Positions 1 to 6,293 of a stretch of DNA of 14,720 nucleotides are shown piece after piece (position 1 is the stretch's first letter; every line of letters starts with the position of its first letter). Origin of the DNA: Candidatus Omnitrophota bacterium (GTDB taxonomy: Bacteria; Ratteibacteria; UBA8468; MWAK01). The notes below the pieces were generated by a model. It was not told where the DNA came from, did not search any database, and saw nothing but the letters and a program-made list of their open reading frames with translations. A program made the translations under genes and the position numbers. Location: NCBI GenBank assembly GCA_043826355.1, contig JBDRQI010000038.1, positions 1 to 14,720 of the forward strand. The letters run 5' to 3'.

Positions 1-1
1 G

Positions 2-250
2 AACCACTTATACCTTTATTTCCGCGGCGTAAATGAACGGGGGTGGGTCTATGTCAACGGCGAGCCTGCTTTTGAAGGAAGCTGGACGCTCAGCTCTGAC
101 GTTAAGAGATACCTGAAGCAGGGAAGCAGGAACAGGATAGCAATCGGAGTTACCCATTCCTCGGGCCTGGGCGGAATCAGTTATCCGGCGATGCTCATCG
201 GCACAGACGAGGAATGCACGGCCGCGCAGTTGAACAAATACCGGTTTTAG
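2..250 (+). CDS. 3' end of a protein with a C-terminal GH2/beta-galactosidase-type jelly-roll sugar-binding domain (5'-partial)
   Basis: Frame +2 is open from the window edge to TAG at 248-250: NHLYLYFRGVNERGWVYVNGEPAFEG...DVKRYLKQGSRNRIAIGVTHSSGLGGISYPAML. This fits the LxFxGV...VxVNG...DV..L..G.N.I....GGI pattern of GH2 sugar-binding domains. Not in the ORF track. Confidence 0.75.
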   Translation, partial: NHLYLYFRGVNERGWVYVNGEPAFEGSWTLSSDVKRYLKQGSRNRIAIGVTHSSGLGGISYPAMLIGTDEECTAAQLNKYRF

Positions 251-264
251 GAGAGAAAGGGCCA

Positions 265-603
265 ATAACACCGCGAGAAAGATTTGTGGCGGCTCTGGGA
301 AAAAGACCGTTTATTGGCCGGGTGCCGCATTTTGAACTGGTCTATTATCTTACGATGGAGACCTTCGGAAGGGTTCACCCCAGCCACCGTGCCTACGGTC
401 AGTGGGACCAGATGAGTGAAAAGGAACGGTAATTGCACCGCAACGAAATGGTCGGGTTATTTATTGCAACGGCCGAGCGGTTTGAGCACCGCGCCATTTT
501 TCTTCATCCCAATCCGGATAACGCAGAAGAAGAGATACGCCTAATTGACCTGGTGCGGTCGATAGAAAAATCTTTCTCCTGCAAATCGGAGATTTTGATT
601 TAA
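265..603 (+). pseudogene. Truncated, disrupted uroporphyrinogen decarboxylase/MtaA-CmuA family gene (N-terminal remnant)
   Basis: SD-like GAAAGG at 255-260, then ATA in place of ATG, giving (M)TPRERFVAALGKRPFIGRVPHFELVYYLTME. (M)T.RER..AAL....RVP is the typical UroD-like N-terminus. In-frame TAA at 430-432, after which the same frame continues LHRNEMVGLFIATAERFEHRAIFLHPNPDNAEEEIRLIDLVR to TAA at 601-603. About 112 codons, far shorter than a full TIM-barrel enzyme. Confidence 0.7.
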
Positions 604-639
604 CCGCACTCTTTTTTATGGCAAACCATTTAAGTAGAA

Positions 640-1410
640 ATGACGGAAAAGAGAGCCGTTGGTAAGATTGGGATAATCGGTGGTTCGGGGCTGGACGACC
701 CGAAGATACTGAAGGATGCGGGAGAGGTAACGGTGGAGACCCTGTACGGCAAACCTTCATCTCCTCTTTCCGTCGGGAGGGTAGAAGGGGTTGAGGTTGT
801 CATTTTGGCCCGGCACGGCCGGGGCCACACCATCCCGCCCACCCAGGTCAACTACCGGGCAAACATCCAAGCACTGAAAGAACAGGGTTGTACCCACATC
901 CTGGCTACCACCGCCTGCGGTTCGCTGCGGCAGGAAATAGCCAGGGGCGATTTCGTAGTCCTTGACCAGTTCATAGATTTTACCCGGTTCCGCAAGATAA
1001 CTTTTTTTGAAGAGTTTGAACCAGGGGTGGAGAACGCAAAACATACGCCGATGGCAGACGCTTTTTCGGAAGAATTACGGGCCAAACTGATTCAGTCGGG
1101 CACGGAGCTGGGTTTGAGGATTCATCAGAAAGGTACGGTGGTTACGATTGAGGGGCCGAGGTTCTCCACCCGGGCCGAATCCAGGATGTTCCGGACCTGG
1201 GGCGCAGACGTAATCAACATGTCCATTGCGCCGGAGGTTGTTCTAGCCAACGAAGCCGGAGTCCCTTATGCGGCGGTGGCAATGTCGACCGATTACGATT
1301 GTTGGAAGACCGACGAACCTCCGGTAGATTTGCCGGAAATTCTCAGGGTCTTTGAAAAGAACGCGGAAAATATAAAGCAATTGCTCCTGAGAACAATCCC
1401 GAAGATATAG
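640..1410 (+). CDS. mtnP: S-methyl-5'-thioadenosine phosphorylase
   Basis: IGIIGGSG, LARHG.GH, VNYRANI, TACGSL, DQFID, TIEGPRFSTRAES, DVINM, and STDYDCW with the DxD typical of 6-aminopurine-specific MTAP. Confidence 0.95.
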   Translation: MTEKRAVGKIGIIGGSGLDDPKILKDAGEVTVETLYGKPSSPLSVGRVEGVEVVILARHGRGHTIPPTQVNYRANIQALKEQGCTHILATTACGSLRQEIARGDFVVLDQFIDFTRFRKITFFEEFEPGVENAKHTPMADAFSEELRAKLIQSGTELGLRIHQKGTVVTIEGPRFSTRAESRMFRTWGADVINMSIAPEVVLANEAGVPYAAVAMSTDYDCWKTDEPPVDLPEILRVFEKNAENIKQLLLRTIPKI

Positions 1411-1432
1411 AAATCTATCCGGGCAATAACTA

Positions 1433-2455
1433 TTACTCTATTTCAGTATTCTGGTCTGACTCGGTTAACTCGTATTTAAGAGTGACCGTACCGTCGTAGA
1501 TAATGTTGTAAGCGTAAAGTTTGTCGGCCGCAAACTCCTTTGTAAACTGCTGCTTCGCCTCGCCGACCTTCTTCTTTGACGCACCGGTGAAGATGGTTAT
1601 CAAACCGGTATCTGTCTTGTAATGGGTGGCTGTCACCTGGACTTCGTAAGTCCCCTTTTCAACGGTAAACGAAGCTTCTTCGTTAGTTTTAAGCTGAAGT
1701 TCCTTCTTCTCCCACGTTTCGGTCCCGGACTTCCGGTACTGAAAGGCAATCACAACCGAATCACTCGAACCCCAAATGGTGGAAGAGCCACTGCTTTGCT
1801 GTGTAGTGGTCATTTTCAGATTGATGGTAGCGGGCAGGGCCTGCCGCTTCTGCTCAATCTCTGCCGCTCTGTTCGGCCAACCCCCGGTCCCCCGCGTCCA
1901 GGGCCGGTAAGTACCGGCCTTTACTTTTTCAAAATATTCCTGTACGACCAGCGTCTCCTGGTTTTGCAGCGTCAATTCCCGGTAAATGGCGTGGTCTTTG
2001 CTGGTCAGGATTAACCAGTGGATTCCGGCCGGTATCTCTTTGATAGTTACCGGTGATTTTTCCTTTCGTTTAACTCCGTCCAGATAAATTTCAGCCGGCT
2101 GCCAGTCGGTCAAAATTGTTATATTGCCTTTACCTTTTGATGCTGAAACAGATGTCCAGGCGCTCTTGGAGGACGTTATCTTATCCAACTTGAACTCAAT
2201 CCGGGTAACTTCACCCTCGTTCACCGCCACTTTCTGGCTTGTTGACCGGTAAGACGTAAGGCTGGCTTCTACAGAATACGTGCCGGCCGGCAAAGAGATT
2301 GAAACCGGCGCCGCACCCTGGGTCTTTCCGTCAATCTTAACTATAGCTTTTTCCGGGCTGCTGGTAACGTAAAGAAAGCCATCCGCGCCGGCCGTTCCGG
2401 CCATAAACACAAAAAGCGACACCGCAAAGACCAAAAACCTCATTCTGCTGCCCAT
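1433..2455 (-). CDS. Secreted PEGA domain-containing protein
   Basis: Signal peptide (MRFLVFAVSLFVFMAGTAGA). Two PEGA-like units: GFLYVTSSPEKAIVKIDGKTQGAAP..LPAGTYSV and GNITILTDWQPAEIYLDG....SPVTIKEIPAGIH. SD AGGAG lies 7 nt before the ATG. Confidence 0.85.
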   Translation of the reverse strand: MGSRMRFLVFAVSLFVFMAGTAGADGFLYVTSSPEKAIVKIDGKTQGAAPVSISLPAGTYSVEASLTSYRSTSQKVAVNEGEVTRIEFKLDKITSSKSAWTSVSASKGKGNITILTDWQPAEIYLDGVKRKEKSPVTIKEIPAGIHWLILTSKDHAIYRELTLQNQETLVVQEYFEKVKAGTYRPWTRGTGGWPNRAAEIEQKRQALPATINLKMTTTQQSSGSSTIWGSSDSVVIAFQYRKSGTETWEKKELQLKTNEEASFTVEKGTYEVQVTATHYKTDTGLITIFTGASKKKVGEAKQQFTKEFAADKLYAYNIIYDGTVTLKYELTESDQNTEIE

Positions 2456-2468
2456 ATTATATCTCCTG

Positions 2469-2508
2469 ACGTTAATGAAACCCCGTATCCGGGGATTTAC
2501 AGCAACGT
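2469..2508 (-). other. Imperfect stem-loop in the PEGA gene leader; possible terminator for the upstream operon
   Basis: Minus strand reads ACGTT-GC-TG-T-AAA-T-CCCCG-GATA-CGGGG-TTT-CA-TT-AACGT. The GC core at 2481-2494 is followed by TTTCATT. Confidence 0.5.
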
Positions 2509-2518
2509 TTTTAACCGA

Positions 2519-2547
2519 ATTATATCATGCTTTTATTTGCCGGGCAA
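2519..2547 (-). promoter_or_regulatory. sigma70-type promoter for the PEGA gene
   Basis: Minus strand TTGCCC (2547-2542), N17, TATAAT (2524-2519), with an extended -10 TGn. Confidence 0.7.
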
Positions 2548-3855
2548 ATCTTGATCTTTATTTTTTTGGTTTACCAGGCGCCGGTAGTGCTTGCTCGGTT
2601 CCAGAATTCCGCCGCTGGAGGTATAAAAGTCATTGTCCAGATGGAATAAGCCGCCGGTGGTTTTTGTCCAGGGGGCATCGTACCGGGTGTGGTAGGAGCG
2701 CATCGCTTCCCAGTTCCGGTAATTCTGGTGGCCGTTAGTTTCCAGAAGGCCTATCTTCATTCCCGGCAGGGGAGCCAGCCGTGCCGCCACGTTCTTATTC
2801 CAGTCCACTAGGATGGGATTGACCGTCAGGTCCGCGCAGAAGCAGGGAATCTTTTTTTCGCTTGCGATTTTGGCTATCTTCAGGCTCATGCTCATTGTTT
2901 TAGCGATGGGTTTGAGAGCGATGGCTCCGTAACCCATTTCAATCCTTTCCAGCGCGTCCTTATCCGAATGGGCACTTTCGTCTGCGGCCAGCCGCACCGG
3001 TATGTCCCGCACGTCAATCTGATACTCTTCCGGAAACGGTTCTTCCATAATCATAATTCTTTCCAGGGCGCCGATCTTTTTGGCATGGTCCAGTAAACGC
3101 ATCAGGCGTTCCTTGCTGTCGTAGCGTCCGTTGGCGTCCAGGTAGTAAGGGATGCGGCCGTCTTGGGTATAAGGAATTTCCCGGTCCTTGACCGCTTCGT
3201 GAATGGCGGACAGCCGTTCTTGGTCCCAGCGGACCATCTTTTCCTGGTCGCCGTCCTTGTCCGGGTCGGAGCCGATCTTTATCTTGAGGAAGAAATAACC
3301 GTCATCGACCGCGGCAATAATATCCTTGAGCGGCACGCCGTAACTCATCAGCGGGATGCTGGCCAGTTCCCGGTGGCGCGCCGGCAGGCCGGATTTCAGT
3401 TCCGGGGGCACCATCCGGTCAAATCCGGTTATCCCTTTTTCGGCGCAGTATAACTGCCAGGCCGCATTGTCCACCGCCACCAGGGCGTTAAGGGCAAAGG
3501 TCAGGCGCAGGTTTTTCTTGCCGGTTATTTTTCCCCCGTATTCGTAGGCGAGCGGCGCCAGTTTTTCCAGCAGGTCAATCGGTGTCTCAAACGGAATCTC
3601 CCTTGCCAGCCGCAACGCCGCTTCGGTTATCCGGTACATCAATTCGTTGCCGGTCTTTTCCGGGTTTTTCACAAAGATTTCGGCATCAGACCACAAGGTG
3701 CTCTGCGTGCCCAGCCCGAGTCCTTGTTTGCCGTTATCGCTCTCCATCAGCGCAACGGTCTGCCACGCACCGTTCATGTAACCGCCCTTGAAACCGAACG
3801 GCGCGAGGAACGGCTCGTCCTCAAAAGCAATCTTCGTTTTTTTAACTTTAATCAT
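2533..3855 (-). CDS. Enolase-superfamily protein (mandelate racemase/muconate lactonizing-like), function unknown
   Basis: KxK (FLKIKIG), metal-ligand motifs LDANG, EEP and ADES, and a Lys in IALKP. SD GGGAG upstream; 21 nt downstream of the GH36 gene. Confidence 0.85.
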   Translation of the reverse strand: MIKVKKTKIAFEDEPFLAPFGFKGGYMNGAWQTVALMESDNGKQGLGLGTQSTLWSDAEIFVKNPEKTGNELMYRITEAALRLAREIPFETPIDLLEKLAPLAYEYGGKITGKKNLRLTFALNALVAVDNAAWQLYCAEKGITGFDRMVPPELKSGLPARHRELASIPLMSYGVPLKDIIAAVDDGYFFLKIKIGSDPDKDGDQEKMVRWDQERLSAIHEAVKDREIPYTQDGRIPYYLDANGRYDSKERLMRLLDHAKKIGALERIMIMEEPFPEEYQIDVRDIPVRLAADESAHSDKDALERIEMGYGAIALKPIAKTMSMSLKIAKIASEKKIPCFCADLTVNPILVDWNKNVAARLAPLPGMKIGLLETNGHQNYRNWEAMRSYHTRYDAPWTKTTGGLFHLDNDFYTSSGGILEPSKHYRRLVNQKNKDQDLPGK

Positions 3856-3876
3856 ATTCTCCCTTTTAGTCGGACA

Positions 3877-6228
3877 TTACCTGCCGTGAAATTTCAAACG
3901 CCATTTCACGGTTGATTTCTTAAAGTTCAAGAGTAGGGTGATTATATTGTTTTGCCGCATGGTTCCGTGACCAGTCTCTTCCGCCCGGTAACCTTCCGGA
4001 ACGTAGATGAAGAGGTTTCCTTTTTCGCCTTTCTGCCTCTTGGCAATTCCTTCCAACGCATTGGTTTTGTCATTATAAGCCACCTTTTCCAATTCAACAC
4101 CTCCCTGGGAAAAATGCATATCGGTGGAAAGTACAACGGGGTGAACGGAAACTTCTTTAATCATAAGGAGTTTGGTGGTTACGGGCTTCAGTTTCATTTT
4201 GATGGAATTGTTCTTCTTGCCTAAAAATATTTTCTCCCAGAATTCAAAAACGAGATACTCCTTTTTATCTTCCAGATTTAACGAAGAAAAAACTATCTCC
4301 ATTTCCGTTTCTTCCTTGCTCAAGTTAAAAAGCGCCACTAAATCCCATTTTCCCCAGGCGGTTTTAACGGGCAAATGCCATATGTGCGGATAGGAAGACG
4401 GGTAGGTGTGCTCAAAGAGGTCCACGGGCCGGGCCGCCGTTCCCAAAGGCGGGATACACCGGGAAAGCAGGTTCCATTCTTTGTCCGACAGGGAAGTTAA
4501 GTCGTCCCCGAGAAAGACCTGTCCTCCGGCAAAGGCAACCAGTGAAAGCCGGATTTTGGCTTCTTCGAAATCACCGGGTTTGCCAACTTCAACCACATCC
4601 GGGTTGAGCAGAATCAATTTCTTGTGGAGGAAATATCTTGAAATAATTTGAGTGGCGTTCAGCCGGAAGAAATCAAGGTCCTCGATTCTTCCCTCTACTT
4701 TTTGAGCCAACCGGAAACCAGGATTGCCGATATCACTGCCGGACATGCTGGTGGCGCCCAAGCCAAAACCAAGGTTGATGGGGTTGGAACACCAGTAAAG
4801 ATAGTCATTTTTCAATACTTCTCTTACCAGGGAAAGCCCCTTGCGGTAAATTTCCGCTCCCTTGACCATGGTCTTATCGTAAAAGACGGCATCCGGTTCG
4901 CTGAGCGCAATCCCCCAGGTAAAATCAATCTTCCAGTATCTGACCCCGGCCTTTCTCAAATAAGTGAAAGTGTTCCGGAGAAATTCCCGAGCTCCCGGAT
5001 GGGTCGGGTCAAGGTAAAAGACACGGTCCTGGGGCGGCCAGGACCAGCGGTAAGGCATGGGTTTTGGATTGCCCTCCCTGTCTTTGATTAAGTATTCGGG
5101 GTGTTCCTTGAAAAGGGTCGAGGATTCCAGCACGGTGAAAACGCCCAGCCACAATCCTAATTTAAATCCCGTCTTATTCAGTTTTCCGGCCAGCCATTTG
5201 ATGCCGTGGGGAAAGCGCTCGTTGGTCTTTGTCCAGTTACCGCAGGTGTTTTGATGCTGCCAGCCGTGGTCGATCTGAATGTAGGAAAAATCATATTCCG
5301 GGAACCGCTTCTTGATTAATTTTGCGTTTGCCAGGGTAATCTTTTCAGTGATTTTAAACCGGTAGGCGTACCAGGAACACCAGCCCATGGGAGGGGTTGC
5401 CGGGAGTTTTACCTGCATCATCTTCGCCGCTTCTCCGGCGTATTCTTCCAACCCGGCAAAAGGGGAAGAGTAAAAACCCAAAAATAATTTTTCGGAAGAG
5501 ATACTCTCCCCTGGCTGCAGACGAAACCCGGCAAAATCACAACCGGCCCAACCGCAAAGGGAATTATTCTTCTCCCGGTAGAGCCAGGTTACGTTATTGG
5601 CGGTACGGTTGAAAGTGAGAAAACTAACGATGAGGGTTGCTTTATTTTTTGGATTATAGAGCGCGCTGATGCCGCCGGAACTATTATGAAAACCGCGATC
5701 GACAGCCTGACCCTTTAATTCCCTGGTCAGGCATTTATCCTCTTCCGGCATTAGTTCCCATTGTTCCTTAAAGGGGGCGCTGCTTTCGGCATCAACCACC
5801 CCGGCCCACCAGCCGCCGCCGCTGTCAACGAAGATTTTCGGTGAATCCGTCTTTTTGCCTAAGCCGATACCTTTTTCAACTTCAATAAGATGGAGGGAAC
5901 CGAGAGTTATGTTCTTCTGTGAATTATTTTTTATCTCCGTCTCCAGGAAAACGGCCGGGAGCTTTTCCGGGAAGTAAAGACGCAGGCGAACGGTAAAATC
6001 TTTTCTTTTTTCCTCTATAATTAATCCACCGTCTTTCTGTGAAATTTCTTTAATGATATTTTTCGGCGTCTTTTTAAACAGGGTCAGCCATTGATTGTTA
6101 AGGTAAACCTTTGTTTTGATTTTTTTAAGGCTGAAACCGGGGCGATTCGAAGAAATATTCCATTGTCCGCGTTGCAGGTTAAAGTTCAGGGAAAAGTTTT
6201 TGGTTGTAAACTTGAGCTTTTCATTCAT
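3877..6228 (-). CDS. GH36/clan-D glycoside hydrolase (alpha-galactosidase-like) with atypical active site
   Basis: GWCSWY, QIDHGW, RFPHG, GLW, LDPTHP, YWKIDF (nucleophile Asp), NPD and LGDDL. SD GAAGGA upstream; no signal peptide. Confidence 0.85.
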   Translation of the reverse strand: MNEKLKFTTKNFSLNFNLQRGQWNISSNRPGFSLKKIKTKVYLNNQWLTLFKKTPKNIIKEISQKDGGLIIEEKRKDFTVRLRLYFPEKLPAVFLETEIKNNSQKNITLGSLHLIEVEKGIGLGKKTDSPKIFVDSGGGWWAGVVDAESSAPFKEQWELMPEEDKCLTRELKGQAVDRGFHNSSGGISALYNPKNKATLIVSFLTFNRTANNVTWLYREKNNSLCGWAGCDFAGFRLQPGESISSEKLFLGFYSSPFAGLEEYAGEAAKMMQVKLPATPPMGWCSWYAYRFKITEKITLANAKLIKKRFPEYDFSYIQIDHGWQHQNTCGNWTKTNERFPHGIKWLAGKLNKTGFKLGLWLGVFTVLESSTLFKEHPEYLIKDREGNPKPMPYRWSWPPQDRVFYLDPTHPGAREFLRNTFTYLRKAGVRYWKIDFTWGIALSEPDAVFYDKTMVKGAEIYRKGLSLVREVLKNDYLYWCSNPINLGFGLGATSMSGSDIGNPGFRLAQKVEGRIEDLDFFRLNATQIISRYFLHKKLILLNPDVVEVGKPGDFEEAKIRLSLVAFAGGQVFLGDDLTSLSDKEWNLLSRCIPPLGTAARPVDLFEHTYPSSYPHIWHLPVKTAWGKWDLVALFNLSKEETEMEIVFSSLNLEDKKEYLVFEFWEKIFLGKKNNSIKMKLKPVTTKLLMIKEVSVHPVVLSTDMHFSQGGVELEKVAYNDKTNALEGIAKRQKGEKGNLFIYVPEGYRAEETGHGTMRQNNIITLLLNFKKSTVKWRLKFHGR

Positions 6229-6240
6229 CCGACATCCTTC

Positions 6241-6256
6241 ATTTGTCCATACAAAT
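6241..6256. promoter_or_regulatory. Palindromic GntR-family (AraR-like) operator candidate
   Basis: ATTTGT-CCAT-ACAAAT (minus strand ATTTGTATGGACAAAT), 14/16 identical to the B. subtilis AraR consensus ATTTGTACGTACAAAT. It abuts the SD of the GH36 gene. Confidence 0.6.
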
Positions 6257-6272
6257 TTTTATTTTCGCGGGG

Positions 6273-6293
6273 GTAACATTATGATAATGTTAC
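6273..6293. repeat. 21-bp palindrome over the dnaE stop codon
   Basis: GTAACATTAT-G-ATAATGTTAC, with perfect 10-bp arms around a single base. Confidence 0.8.

Noticed and set aside
214..432. 72-aa ORF in the track as a real small protein
   Set aside because: Its start overlaps the upstream CDS in another frame; it is better explained as the first half of the pseudogene.
566..639. Hairpin (TCTCC/GGAGA) and promoter or riboswitch upstream of mtnP
   Set aside because: Weak 5-bp stem, no convincing -35/-10 pair, and no SAM/SAH riboswitch consensus recognisable.
6273..6293. Palindrome as a dif/Xer site
   Set aside because: Lacks the 11-6-11 architecture and the TTATGTTAAAT XerD arm.
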